Assembly: GCA_013265495.1 (NCBI GenBank)
Contig: MU058584.1
Coordinates: 7,344,407-7,408,406 of the forward strand
DNA: 64,000 nucleotides
Direction of reading: 5' to 3'
From: Vicugna vicugna
Taxonomy: Eukaryota
Shown here: positions 12,470-26,354 of the stretch, piece after piece
How the letters are laid out: every line of letters starts with the position of its first letter
Position numbering within the stretch: position 1 is the stretch's first letter
Notes under the pieces: generated by a model
What the model was told of the DNA's origin: nothing
Seen by the model: only the letters and a program-made list of their open reading frames with translations
Database searches by the model: none
Made by a program: the position numbers and the translations under genes

Positions 12470-13760
12470 TTTAATTCAAAAAATAATATATTGAATGCCT
12501 AACAGGTGCAGTTCACTGTTTTAGATACTAGGAGTACAGCAGGTAATGTTCCTGTTCTCATGGAACTTAACATTGTAGTGCGTGAAGACAGGTAATAAAA
12601 ATCAAATAAGAAAAACTTGAGATAATGATTATGTGCACTAAAGAAAATAAATTGGATGATGTGATAGTGTGGCTGAGCTGCTGCTTTTCTTTGCCTGATC
12701 AAAGAAGCCCCTCTAAAGAGATGACACTTTGCATGAGAAGTAAATGACAGGAAGGAGCCACACATGCAGAGGTCTGGGCGAAGGGCATTCCGGGGCAGGG
12801 GCCCTGGGGTGAGAATGGACTCGGTGTGCTTGAAGAGCAGAAAGGAGGCTGTTGCAGCTAAACTGATTTGAGTACAGAGGGTAGAGATAGTGTTACAGGT
12901 AGAAACAGACAGGGGTCAGACTGTGCAGGACTTTGTGGCTGGGGAGAGGAATTTGGGTATTTCCGATTCTCTAGAAAACCAATAAAAGGTTTTGAAAAGG
13001 AAAGAGACGTGATCTGACACGTTTTATAAAGGTCTCTCCAGCCTCTAGGTAGAGAATGGATTAGTGGAGCAAGAGTGGACCCAGGAAGATGAGTTGGGAT
13101 GCTTTTTATGCTAGTCCAGGTAACAGGTAACAGCCTAGATGGAGGATGGCCACAGTGGAGGCAGTGAAAAGATGATTGGGAGAGAACTGAGGAAGAGAAG
13201 GATGCAAAAATAGCCCTGGTTTTTCATTTGAGGACTTGATTCAGTGGTATGATCAATAATTGAGATGTGGAAGACTGCAAGGAGGAGAAGGTGTGGATGA
13301 TGGGAGGGGAAGGCAATGGGGAATTAAAAATTTGGTTTTGGACATGCTAATTTTGAGATACCTATTAGACATCCAAGTGGAAATGTCAGTTAAGCACTAA
13401 AATTAGATATAGAAAAAGTCTGGAGTTCAGAGGAGAGATGAGTGCTTGAGACATGAATTTGAGGAGATGTGTGTGTGTGTATAAATTTTTTAAGGCCAAT
13501 ATTAGGTGAGAGAGGATTGGATATCCATCTAGAGACAAGATAGACATCACAAAGAAAAGACTGTCTAGAGGGAAGTCTAGCTGCATTGCAGCATTTAGAA
13601 GTAGAGAAGAGAAGATGAGATCAGTGAGCAGAGGATATGGAGAAGGAGCCACCAGGGAGGAAGGAGAAAAGTCAGGAAAGTTGGAATAATGGGAGTCAGT
13701 AGGAGAGAGTGTTTCAGGGAAGGGGAGGAAAATCATGTCAGATGCTGCTGAGACTTAGAA
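12470..13760 (-). mobile_element. LINE-2 fragment
   Basis: Starts with the reverse complement of the L2 3' end (attcaaaaaataatatattgaatgcct...) and contains tttggttttggacatgctaattttgagatacctattagacatccaagtggaaatgtc. Confidence 0.8.
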
Positions 13761-16700
13761 TAATTATCCACTTTGTAATTTTTGGCCAAGTGCTCGACAT
13801 GCTTCCTATTTGGTTTCAGGATTTAGAGTATAGTTTGTGTCTTGATTGGGTTTTACATGGAAATGATGAGTATGAAATAGAGCTGATTTTAGCTACACTC
13901 TTTGAGCTCCTTCTGAAAACATATGGAACTAAATCAAGCTATATAGGTGTTACAACTGCTGCTTCTCTACTGTTGTTTTGGGCACTTGTGGTAGAATATT
14001 CCATACCAATTCCTAGTGCTAGAGGGATTTCTGTCAAATGCTGGTCTTGGTCTCCTGCACCAGCACTCTTCTGGGACCACTTCATCCTCACGTGTAAGCT
14101 CAGCCTCACCCAGGCTTCAGAACCAGCCCAGCTCTCAGGGAAGAAAGGAAACCGTGTAGGCCCATCGTTGAGCAGTGAATCTCAATGCAGCGTTGACACT
14201 AATCTCCCTTGACCCTGACGTGTATGTAAGCGACTTTGGTTTTGTATCCTGTGAAAAGGGCTCTACCTTCCATTCCATGACTGAATTCGCATCTTGGTTT
14301 TCTGCCTGGGACTCTCTGGTGCACTTGGATGTGGAGTTCTGTTTAGATCTCCTCCTTTGCCTCAGAAGCACCAGAGCCCTGATCCTGAACCCTACTTTCT
14401 GCGGCTGGGCTCTGCTACCCGCCTGCATCCACCTTTTGTCTGCTGTGAAGTCTTGGCCCTTCTTGTTCCCCACCCCCATCCCGTTGTCCGTCACCCTCTG
14501 AGTGAGACCTCTGCCTTTCACCCGCTGTTGGACTTCCTCAGGTTATTGTTTGCTTCTCTAGATTTAATTTTGGTTTTGTTTTGCTTTTTCATTACTAAAC
14601 TTTCCCTGTTTACCTTAGGACACACTGAGTTCTGCTTCATATCTGGGTCAGTATAATTCGTATCTAACTTGCCCTGTTGCTCACTTAACCACAATTTGGA
14701 ATGACTTGAAGTCTTGATGGAAGCATTTTTCCCCCCAAATTGCTCAATGGTATGCAAAGTGAATTTCTTTACAGAAGATAGAAATCTACAGGTGTTCTTT
14801 ATATATGTTAGGCGTTAGGGAAACACAGATGAGTAAAATGTAGCCTCTGCCTTTAAGGAAATGTGTTTTAAAGTAGAGTCATACTAGATGGTCTTTACAG
14901 CCAGTGGATTCAGCTAGTTGCACTGAAAACCATTCCCTGCTTGTGTGTCCTGTGTGCTCCATTTTCACTGGAGTCCTGTACTTACAAAACATGGCCATTA
15001 TGACATTTTAGAAATAAAACTCCTTCCTCCTAAAGTATTGAGGACCACAGTTCTTAGAATAAAGGTTAACGTAGAAGTTATGTGCGTATGCCCCATAATT
15101 ATTCCTTTCTACTTAACCTTGATTAATCGAAGCATATGCCTGTTTTTCCCCATGGAAGGGGCATATTGGAAATACTTAAATTCTTATGGTCATGCTGTGC
15201 TTTCCACAGATGATTGGAATGCTGCCCAGGCATAAACCGTATCATCCTCCCCCCAAACAGTTTGTCAGCTGTTTAACCTAGCGTAATTTGTTTTTCATGA
15301 CCAGCAGAAATGACAACGCTAAAATGTTTTATAGGGAAATAAACATAGAGTGATAGCTTGGATTTTTTAATACCCTCTTCCCCCCCCCCCCAACCCCGAG
15401 TCATTCTTTGATATAAAAATGTAAACCTTTGCTTCACATGTAGGCTATTTTTAACATTGGGGAAACAGGACAGATTTTTAAAACTAGGAATCTTATTTTG
15501 TGAAACTGAAAACATACTATGGATTTCAGCAAGACAGATTATACTAAAACGAAATCGAATTTCATGGATGCATTATCAGGGTTTCAACGCTTATATGGCA
15601 CATTGCCTTCATCCTTTATATGAGCTTGCGGCTGAGGAATTTAATCAGTTTCTATTCAGACTGAACTTGGGCTGAAGCCTGGAATTGTTTGAGAAAGAGA
15701 TCATTTCATGTGCCCAACTACCAAGCATTTAGAATGAAAGGAACAGTGAGAACATGCCAAGAGTGCTTGCACCACTGCAAACTGTACCTTCCTAGGAGAA
15801 AAAAAAGTAACTCGGAATGCTAGGATGAGTTTGTTAGACCTTCAGACATGTTAGTTTACCATAGTGTCAAAGTCTCAGAAGACACACCTTTAAGAGCTCT
15901 TTAAAGAGTCTAGCTATTGATCAGCAGGTGCAGCCTGTTCTGTAGAGTTTGGCTTGGCTGTTAGAACCTCCTTCATCGCCAGACTCACACGAACATTCTT
16001 CTTCAGAGGTGAGTACAGTAAGAGATTCACTGCCCTTGTGATAATCTTTCCAAGGTTTTCATCTATAATTGTGTTTTTGGGAAAGCCTGCACTGCTGATG
16101 AGAATTTATTTAGGAAGTGTGTGATGATAAGCTGGCTGATGAGGCAATTGTGGTCCGATGTTCAAAACATACATGTTACCTCTGCCGTCCACCCGTTCAT
16201 AGTCTGCTTGCTAGTGAGCTGGAGTCCCCTAACAGGACTGGCTTACCTTGTTGCTGCTAGGACTCAGCTTATTGACAACATAATCCTGTAGCTACGAATT
16301 GTAGTTATGGTCGCTGTGTTTTTCTAAGTAGAAAGTAGACTATGTGGTGTGACAGTGATCACTGTACTGTTAGAGAGGAGGGAACACAGACCTATGAGTC
16401 TCTGGGCCCAGGTAGAGGATGGATGACAGGTAGCTCCCTCTGACAACTCAGATTAGGTTTTGCCTAAATTTTTCCATCATGTGGGATGAATTATTTCCCT
16501 GGAAGCTCCTTGAAGCCCATAGGAAAAAGAATTTTGCAGTTCTTGCTCTATTAGTCCTGATATGCTGGGCAGGTCGGAATCCTAGGGATGGATGTAGATT
16601 AGACCCGAGTTGACACTCCTGCTATGGCTGCTCTTAAGTTACTCATTTAGTGTGTGTATGTGTGTGTGCGTGAGATGTATTTTGTGGTAGAAATAATAGT

Positions 16701-16779
16701 GCTTATGGGGTTTAACCAGTGAGAATACATACAGAAATGTTTTTTTTTAAAGACGTAAAATGACTAGACAAATGTGATG

Positions 16780-18716
16780 AATCGCCGCTCTCACCTGATG
16801 AATTTCACATGCTCCCATCACCATCAACTCTGTTTATCGCGTCCATCAATACTCACTACTGTTTCCTTTCTGTTCCTATGGATGAACTAGCATGTTCCTT
16901 CCTAATGCCTCCTGTTCCCTCTTCCTGAAGACATCACTTCAGCCCTTGTTTCTTCTCACTTCTGCATCAGCAGCTTTTCCTTAATACTGGGTTAATAACA
17001 TCAGCCTGCGAACATGCTGTCAGTTTGTCCTTCTTTATAAAACGCTCCCTTGACTTCATATCCTTCTCCAGATGCTCTCACTTCTTTTCTCTTTTTTTAC
17101 AACAAAACTTAAGAGAATTGTCTACAACCAGTCTTCACTTCCTCTCCTCCCATTCTTTCTGAAATCTATTCCAGTCAGGCTATCACCGACCCTACTCCAC
17201 TGTAACTGCTTTTTTCAGCCTCCTGAAGGATCCTCAAGTTGCCCAATTCTATGATCCATTAAAAGTCCTCATCGTACCTGACACGTTGGCACTATTTGAT
17301 GGAGTGCAAGGTCTCCTTCTTTTATGAAACACCCTCTTTACTTGGCCTTGGGTCACTTCTCTCTGGGTTTTTCTCCTGTCTTGTTGGTCACCCTGCTTAC
17401 TCTCGATTGCCTGACCTCTAAACATTGGAAAACCCAGGGCCCATTGCCCTGACCTCTTCCTTATCTGAGTCGCTCACTTAGTGATCTCATCCACTTGCCT
17501 AACTTTAAGGAATTCCAAATATACCTGTATCTCTAGCTTAGACTTCTCCCTAAATGAAAGACTCATATATCCAGCCCCAAAGGCATTTTTGTGCTAATTA
17601 GTAAAAGTTACCTCAAGCACTTGACTGCCATCTTCTGGAAAAATTTCAGAATAGATGAACTCTTACCCAATGATAGGACTTTGAATTCTGTCTCTTTCAG
17701 CGCTGTGATCCTCAACCATCAGCAGCAGTTCTGTTCCTCCATGTGGGTGGTGTGTAGTCGGCATCACAAGCTTAATAGGTCCCCAGCTGAACTCCTGATT
17801 CCCAACCCCAGCTCCCCAACATCTTTTCTTTCAGTCTTTTCTATTTCAAAATTCTTCCATTGTTGAAGTCAAACTCATTTAAGTTATCCTTAACTCCCCC
17901 TTTTCTCCTATACCACTCCTTTAATCCATCAGCAAATCCTGTTGGTTTTTTCTTCAAAATACATTAAAATGAAACCATTTCTCACCTCTGCTCCCACCCA
18001 GGTCCAAGTCTCATCATCTCCCTTTTATTTTTCTAGTAGCTTCTTCTCTTGTGCCTCTGGTCTGTTCTCAGCACAGGTATTTGTTTAAAACCTAGGTCAT
18101 AGGGTAGGGAGTAGAGCTCAGTGGTAGAGTAAACACAAGGTCCTGGGTTTAATCCCCAGGACCTCCGTTAAAATTAGCAAATAAATCTAATTACCCTATT
18201 CCCCTCCCCTCCTCAAAACCCCCCAAAATGTAGGTCACATCATGTTTTTTCTCTACCGGTAACCCTTCTGTACCACAGCTCTGACCTCATCTCCTACCCC
18301 TCCTGCCCTGTGCGCTGTGCTCCAGGCACGTTGGCCTCCTTGCTCTTCCTCCAATAACGCCAAGCATAGTTCTGCTTCAAGCACTCCGCTGGGATCCTCT
18401 GAGGTAAAGCATGACTTATTCCTTTCCTTTCTTGAGTCTTTGCTCAGATGTCACTTTATTATATCAGGGAAGCCTTCCTCAACCAAAGCATTTAACAAAG
18501 CAACCCCCTCCCCCAACATTTAATCTCCCCTTTACTCTTCAGTTTTCTCGATAGCACTTACCATCTGACACACACATTGTTTATTGTTTTCATCTCACAA
18601 GAACTTAAGCTTCCTGATTCTAGAGACTAGTTCTTTCCCTCTACCCTGTCCTCAATTTCTAAAACAGTGCCTGACAAATAGTAGGACCTCAATAAATATT
18701 AGTTAAATAAATAAAT
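16780..18716 (+). mobile_element. LINE-2 fragment interrupted by a SINE
   Basis: Pyrimidine-rich L2 body ending acagtgcctgacaaatagtaggacctcaataaatattagttaaataaataaat. Confidence 0.75.
18102..18224 (+). mobile_element. tRNA-derived SINE (camelid Vic-1-like)
   Basis: A box tagagctcagtgg and B box-like gggtttaatccc; degenerate TSD aaaa(cc/tg)taggtca. Confidence 0.8.
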
Positions 18717-18924
18717 GTGTACTGACATCCCTAAATCTCTCTGTAGGACCCTAGACTTAAAAATACACAAAGGTTAGAGATAGTCCTGCACAATTACAGT
18801 CTCTCAATTCCAAGAGAAAAGCATTTTCAGGAATCAAGGAATAAATTTAAATCTAAGTTGAAAACTGCATTGATTTGACATCGTTCTGGAAGGGCATTAG
18901 TTTCCTCTGCTGAGAAAGCAAGTA

Positions 18925-18942
18925 GGCGCCATCTAGTGGCAA
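18925..18942 (-). promoter_or_regulatory. CTCF-like motif
   Basis: Minus strand TTGCCACTAGATGGCGCC is a close match to the CTCF core consensus. Confidence 0.6.
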
Positions 18943-21245
18943 TAAGAGAAGTAAACATGTGTTACTTTAAATTACTGATTAGTAACAGAATTGAAAACGC
19001 AGTACGTGATCCAGAAGCTTATTAATGCTACGAAAGTAATAATTACGATAGCAAAAAGTTCTCAAGTTTGCATTTTCCACATAATATATTGAATTGAAAA
19101 AATATTGTTGTTTCTTCTAAATTATTTATGACTTATTTTTACTAATATTTGTTTGTTTTCTGGGATCTGACATTCTTTGTTCCTCTTTATTTTTCTTAAT
19201 GTTTTATCACCTCCTTATCTTTAAATACTCTTATAAGGTACTGGCCTAGCCGCTGAGTTGGTAAATAAAATAAATCCTCTATCTTCTAAGAATTTATATT
19301 GTAAAAACAGCACCTATGAGGGTAAACATGTGAAAGAAAATGCCAAATGATGCAGTGATCTCAGGCCAGACTTCTAAGGCTGTTGAAGCTTAACTGTTGT
19401 GTATACTTCCACCGTTGAGGCATGAGCTTTTGGGAGTCTTAACTTGCTGTTTTTCAGAATGTGGCTCATGTTATTATATGGAGAAACTAAAATAGAAAAA
19501 CAGTCATGTTCACCTATGTTGACAGGAAAGACAGAAATTATGTCAAGTCTCGACTGTTATTCTAGCATTCAAAATGTTAAGTTATTACAGTTCTTTGGCA
19601 AAGTAAAGCAGAAGCTCTTTGGTCCACTTCAGGAGCCCATGACCTTTCCAGTCTGAGTAGCTAAGGTGGGGCTGGGGTGTCTGTGTCTTCCACCAGCAGG
19701 CCTGAGCCACAATCAGACAAAACTAGGAAAGGTGGTGAGAGAAGCGCAGGAGAATGAGGAACTCTGTGTCCCGATGCTCAGATTAGTCTGGCCTCTTCAT
19801 GTGGAAGACGACTCTGTCTGAGTAGCTCCGGGGGCAAAAGTTGGACCAAGGAAGTATGATTAGAAAACAAATTTCATACAAACATTAAGAAACATTTTCC
19901 AATAAGAGATTTTTTCCGCCCTAAAGAGATCAAAGCGTCAGTTCCCCATTGGTGGGTAGATTCAAGCAGAAGCTGGATAATAACCTGCCAGGGGGTTTTT
20001 GAAGCTATTGAGATTCTCTGATTGCCTGAAAGGCCTTGCTTTCTCTGTACACACCAGAACCCTCCCCACTCTTCTGTACACAGTTCATACCCCATTTCCT
20101 TTTTCAGGCAGTGCTCCTTGAAGCCACCTTTCCTACCTCTGTCTTTCCTTTCACATTAAAGGTAGGTCAACACCTTTTTCATGCTGCCTGTGTTAACTGA
20201 TGCTAAGCTACCTGAAGACAGGGGGCCAAAACTTGCAGTTGTCTTCCTATTGGCCTTGCCACGTAGTGGGTGAAGGTTGTGACTGGGGTAGGGAATGGTT
20301 GGAAGACTACCACTAATTGTCTCAGCTGGTATCTGAGTCCAGGATACTAGCCTTAGTCTAAGTTTGGTGGAGCAATTCTTCAGCTAGATGTTAGAGAAGC
20401 TAAAGTATTTAAGACTTGTTCTCTTGTTAAAATTATGAATTTTTTTAGGTCTTAATAGTATCAGCTTCCTTTTTCAAGTTCTGTTGTTTATCATCTACGT
20501 GATATCTCTGGAAGCAGATATAAAAATTGATAGTACAACAGTTTCAGGATGTTATTAAAATTAAAAAAAATGATTTTTATGTTATCTATATAGTTATTTT
20601 AGAGTTTTTCCTTCTGCCAACAGATACTGATTTTTTTTTTTAGATTGCAGGTAGTTTCTTTGATATAATTCTTTTTTTTCTTTAAAGTATCTTTTTAATT
20701 ACAGAAAATTGGTGTGGTATTTTGGATAGTAGATTCTAAAGGTAAAATAGTTCATGTATTATTTCTTTTTAAAGAATTAAGCAAAATTTATTTCTCAATC
20801 TTCTTGCCTTCTGAAGCTGTATTTATATAACTTGGCATTCCATCATGATAAAGTGATGGTATTGAAAAAGGACATGTTAATAGGATTAGTAAGTAGGCTT
20901 TTTGTGTGTCGTAGACCTAATTTCTTTGACAATTGGCTGCTGTTATTTGTTTTATTGTTTGGGGAGCCAAAATTCTCTTTATTTACTAGGCTAGATGGTT
21001 TAAGGATTGTTTATAATACTTAATTGCTTGTCTGAAAATGAGCAAATTTTGCATTCTTAGCATTTGTACTATGTTTAATATTTCTGAAGTATTGCCTGTA
21101 CTTCTTAGCAACCACTGTGTTCTCTCATTGTGACGGCTAAAGAGACAGTATTGGATACTTCGACTTGTAATTAAAGAAGCATTGTTTCTCTATGATTATT
21201 TCAAGAGTACATAAATTTTAGATTGTATTAATTTGTCTTTTGTAG

Positions 21246-21395
21246 AATATGCTGAATTTCTACATTGCAAAGGGAAAAAATTTACAGATTTTGATGAAGT
21301 TCGCCATGAGATTGAAGCAGAAACAGATCGAGTAACTGGAATGAATAAAGGCATTTCCTCCATACCCATTAATTTACGAGTCTATTCCCCACATG
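21246..21395 (+). CDS. DNM3: Dynamin 3 coding exon 3 (GTPase domain)
   Basis: tttgtag|AATATG...CCACATG|gtaagt; 150 bp, phase 1/1. Translates (E)[61 protein letters not shown] is DNM3-type. Not in the ORF track. Confidence 0.97.
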
Positions 21396-22624
21396 GTAAG
21401 TAAAATAACAAAATTCCAAATTCTTGTCTTCAAAAATTTTTACTATATTAATTAACATGCAGTGTTTGTATAAAAGATGATTTGGTCTCTCAAAAATTAG
21501 CAGGTTTCTAGGATTGTGCTTAGATACATTGGTAAATGGTATGATCCAAAGAGCTCATAGATTTATTTATGGGGAAGCAGGAGCAGATGACTTTTAAAAG
21601 ACAATTGGAAAAAAAAAGAATTAAGTCATTTAAAAGAGTTTTCTTTATTTTAAACTTTTAGAATCAAAGAGATATGCCTGAGAATTTCCATTTTTAATAT
21701 CTTCAGTCTTTGCAGAAGTCTTAGAGATGCATGGTGGTGTAGTTTTGTCTTCCCTAATGAATTTTTCTACAGTCTGATATATTCCTGTTTAGTCTTTTCT
21801 TGAGGAATCAACTGTGATTTTTTCACCCCGGCTGTCAGCAGAAATTTATAAATTAGGTAACAATGCATGGTGTGTGATACAGAGCAGCCTCCATGCTGAC
21901 TAAAGTTGTAGTGGGGCAGGTTGTACTCTCTAATCTTCTCCCTAGGTCTGTTGTTTTTAAAACAGGACATGAATGACATAAGCTTAATTATGATTCCCCA
22001 AAAGAACTTGGTGCCAACAATCCTGTGTGCAGAGGAAACAGCTGCCAGGTTGGGGCTGGAGTCACTGACTCAGGGATAATTTTCTGCCCTCCCAAATGCT
22101 GCTCCAGGAGTCTGACTGTACATAGCCCGCATACTAACCTCAGGGCACCTCCAAAGACTGGTGGGTTTCCAACAGGCTAAATGGCTAACCCTCTACCAAT
22201 AATATGTGGTGCTTTTAAAGGGAAGGAGAAATCTTACCCTGAGAATCTTTACATCATTCATAGGCAGTGTACAAGACTGCCAGACAACATATTCACTTCT
22301 TGTTCAGTGTTTGAATTACAGCCCCCTAGTTCCAGATGTGATGGCTCTCTGAGGAAACTATTAGGCATGCAAACCAGTGCCTCTTCAACTATGTTAAAAC
22401 GATCATTTGGCTTAGCACAAACATATCATAAATACAGAGAAAACCTGCAAAGCCATTTTGAATTCTTTGCTTTTTATTGTGTGCACATCAGTTGGAGTTT
22501 AGATACACAATATGTCAAACTCAGCTTGTTTTATTTCTACTAAAGTGACAGATAATTCTGCATTGTTGATGTCTGTCAGCACTGAGGATGTATGTAAGAC
22601 TTTTTTTTCTCCCTTTCCACACAG

Positions 22625-22828
22625 TGTTAAATCTAACCCTTATTGACCTGCCTGGAATTACTAAAGTGCCAGTGGGAGATCAGCCACCAGATATTGAGTA
22701 TCAAATCAGAGAAATGATTATGCAGTTCATCACGAGGGAGAACTGTCTTATTTTGGCTGTCACCCCAGCCAACACTGATCTTGCAAACTCAGATGCACTG
22801 AAGCTAGCTAAAGAAGTTGATCCTCAAG
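22625..22828 (+). CDS. DNM3: Dynamin 3 coding exon 4 (G3 motif DLPG)
   Basis: ccacacag|TGTTAA...CCTCAAG|gtgagt; 204 bp. (V)[67 protein letters not shown]. Confidence 0.98.
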
Positions 22829-23518
22829 GTGAGTGTGTGGCCCTTAAGATGAAAGGGAATTCGTTTAAAATGTCAAGAGTTTGGGTACATTTCAAGGTAA
22901 CACATTCTTATAACTTGATTTCACTGCTAATTAAATTAGCCAATATTAATATTGTCCAATCTTTTGTATATGAGATGCCAAAAGAGAAATAACTGGGGAA
23001 TACAGTCTAAACCTATGTAAGTGTAAGATTAACTGACATCTAAGAAAATAGACATTTCTAATCGTCATGAACTACTGATTTTAAAAGCTGGTAAAACAAC
23101 TGCCTGGTACAGAATTCAGACAGTCTTTTTAGTTATTATGAGTACTCTGAATATACTGCCAATAAAAAGTCTTTCTGGTTTTTATTTTGTTTCCTTAAAA
23201 TAGGAAGCTCTTTTAACGTATGTAAGATATTATTTAGTTTGTAATTATTTGACTTAAATCTCTGCTTTCATAATACATATTTATCTGTTTTTGGCATTCC
23301 AGAATCCAAAAAACTCCCTTATTTATGCTGATATTTTGATTTTTTTCCTTCTTTGAGCTGAGTTATAACCATTTATCATCAGGGACCCCAATGATGGATC
23401 TTTGTATGTGTCTGTTTGAAGAAATTATAGAAGGGCACTTGTGATGTGTCCTTTCAAAATGGAGATGCATTGTCTACAGTTTTAGGAAATTTTTTTTTTT
23501 TTTACTTTCTTCTGCTGT

Positions 23519-25129
23519 ATTTTATTTTATTTTATTTTATTTTATTTTATTTTATTTTATTGAGTTATAGTCAGTTTACAATGTGGTATCAATTTCTGGT
23601 GTAGAGCACAGTTTTTCAGTCATACGTGAATATACATATATTCATTTTCACGTTCTTTTTCACCATGAGCTACTGCAAGATCTTATATATATTTCCCTGT
23701 GCTATACAGTATAAACTTATGTATTTGTTCTATATATACCTGTCAGTATCTACAAATTTTGAACTCCCAGTCTGTCCCTTCTCACCCCTCTCCCCCCTGG
23801 CAACCACAAGTTAGTATTCTATGTCTGTAAGTCTGTTTCTGTTTTATATTTAAGTTCATTTATCTTCTTCTTCTTTTTTTTTAGATTCCACACATGAATG
23901 ATATCATATGGTATTTTTCTTTCTCTTTCTGGCTTACTTCGCTTAGAATGACATTCTCCAGGGACATCCATGTTGCTGCAAATGGCATTATATTGCCATT
24001 TTTAATGGCTGAATAGTATTCCATTGTATAAATATGCGACAACTTCTTTATCCAGTATCTGTCGATGGACATTTACGCTGTTTCCATGACTTGGCTATTG
24101 TAAATAGTGCTGCTATGAACATTGGGGTGCTGGTTTCTTTTTGAATTAGGGTTCCTTCTGAATATATGCCCAGGAATGGGATTACTGGATCATATGTTAA
24201 GTCTATTTCTAGTCTTTTGAGGAATCTCCATACCGTTTTCCACAATGGCTGCACCAAACTGCATTCCCACCAGCAGGGTAGGAGGGTTCTGTTTTCTCCA
24301 CAACCTCTCCAGCATTTATCATTCATGGATTTTTGAATGATGGCCATTCTGACTGGTGTGAGGTGATACCTCATTGTAGTTTTGATTTGCATTTCTCTGA
24401 TAATTAGTAATATTGAGCACTTTTTCATGTGCCTATTGATCATTCGTATGTCTTCATTGGAGAATTGCTTGTTTTAGGCCTTCTGCCCATTTTTGGATTG
24501 GGTTGTTTGTTTTTTTCTTACTAAGACATATGAGCTGCTTATATATTCTGGAGATCGTCTTTGTCAGTTTCATCTTTTGCAAAAATTTTCTCCCATTCTG
24601 TAGGTTGTCGTTTTGTTTTGCTTATGGTTTCCTTTGCTGTGCAGAAGCTTGTAAGTTTCATTAGGTCCCATTTGTTTATTGCTTTTATTTCTATTTCTTG
24701 GGTAGACTGCCCTAGAAGAATGTTTCTGAGATGTATGTGAGATAATGTCTTGCCTCTGTTTTCTTCTAGGAGGTTTATTGTATCTTGTCTTATGTTTAAG
24801 TCTTTGATCCATTTTGAGTTTATTTCTGTGTATGGTGTGAGGGAGTGTTCTAGCTTCATTGCTTTACATGCTGCTGTCCAGTTTTCCCAACATCATTTGC
24901 TGAAGAGACTGTCCTTATTCCATTGTATGTTATTGCCTCCTTTGTCAAGATTAATTGACCAAAATTTTGTGGGTTCATTTCTGGGCTCCCTATTCTGTTC
25001 CTTTGGTCCATATGTCTGTTTTTGTACCAGTACCATGCTGTTTTGATTACTGTAGCTCTGTAGTATTGTCTGACCTCTGGCAGAGTTATTATTCCAGCCT
25101 CATTCTTTTTCTTCAGTAACACTTTGGCA
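23519..25129 (-). mobile_element. Relatively young LINE-1, 3' ~1.6 kb
   Basis: (TTTTA)n tail at 23519-23560. Minus-strand ORF2 pieces ([59 protein letters not shown]) are separated by frameshifts. Confidence 0.95.
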
Positions 25130-25891
25130 ACGATATAAATTAATGAGGCCTGTTAACACATAAAATTGCAATAGAATTATTTGAATATTTTAAAGATGTA
25201 TGATAAAAATAAAAATAATTTCACTCACCTGCAAATTGCTAGGTTAACTGTAGGTGAAAGAAGATCTTAGCTGGGTTGGGGCTGGGATAGGGTAGAAGGA
25301 GGGTTGTCCTTAGCTTGGCTTGAAGTGTTTAAGGCATTGTGCCAGCTGCTGCTTATAGATTTATATTAAGAGGAGCAGACTAGCACACTTACCATGGATT
25401 ACTAAGATTCTCACCATGGAAGCTGCATTGATTCCTCTAAGGAACACTTCCTCCAGCTATTTGGAAGTTCTACTCAAGTACATTAAGAATGCAATCATTG
25501 CCTTAGTTCATTAATTTGTTGTTTAACACCCATTCATCAGGCAAAGTGTATGTGGTCAATAATAATTCTATGTGCTGGACCACCTAGTAGAATGCTAGAC
25601 TAAATAGATGCTCAGTATATATTTCTGATTATTTTCATGACTCTCCACTACTTTAAAAAATAAGCTGTTTATTTTCATGGCATCTTCTCTTGTGTATGAG
25701 ATCATAGAAGTCCCCAGAAAAAGATATTACAGAGGATCTGCTTTGTGAAATGAACATTTTCATTATGGGGATGCAGTTTGGGTCATAGCATATATTCAAG
25801 TGAAATGGGTTGTGTAATAACACTGTGTGTCATATGTTATACCCACAAGAATCCTGTCAGGTAGGTGACATTGCCGCCTTTTTATATAAGA

Positions 25892-26354
25892 CAATTTTAC
25901 TCTTTTCTTTCAACTTGGATCCCTTTTATTTCTTTTTCCTGTCTAATTGCTACGGCTAGGGCTTCTAATACTATGTTGAATAAAAGTGATGAGAGTGGGC
26001 ATCTTTGTCTAGTTCTGGATTTTAGTGGGAAGGCTTTCAACTTTTCACTGTTAAGTATTATGCTGGCTGGAGGTTTGTCATAAATAGCTTTTATAATATT
26101 GAGATATGTTCCCTCTATACCCACTTTGGTAAGAGGTTTTTTTTTTTATCATAAATAGGTGTTGAGTTTTATCAAATACTTTTTCTGCATCTATTGAGAT
26201 GACCATGTGATGTTTGTCCTTTCTTTTGTTGATGTGATGTATCACAATAATTGATTTGCATATATTGAACCATCCTTTTGTCCCTGGGATGAATTCAACT
26301 TGATTGTAGTGTATATTTTTTATGTGTTGGATTCTGTTTACTAATATTTTGTCG
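25892..26354 (-). mobile_element. Internal LINE-1 ORF2 (RT) fragment
   Basis: [57 protein letters not shown]; no poly-A tail. Confidence 0.92.

Noticed and set aside
23881..26124. Functional reverse transcriptase gene
   Set aside because: These are fragmented, frameshifted L1 ORF2 pieces in two separate truncated insertions.
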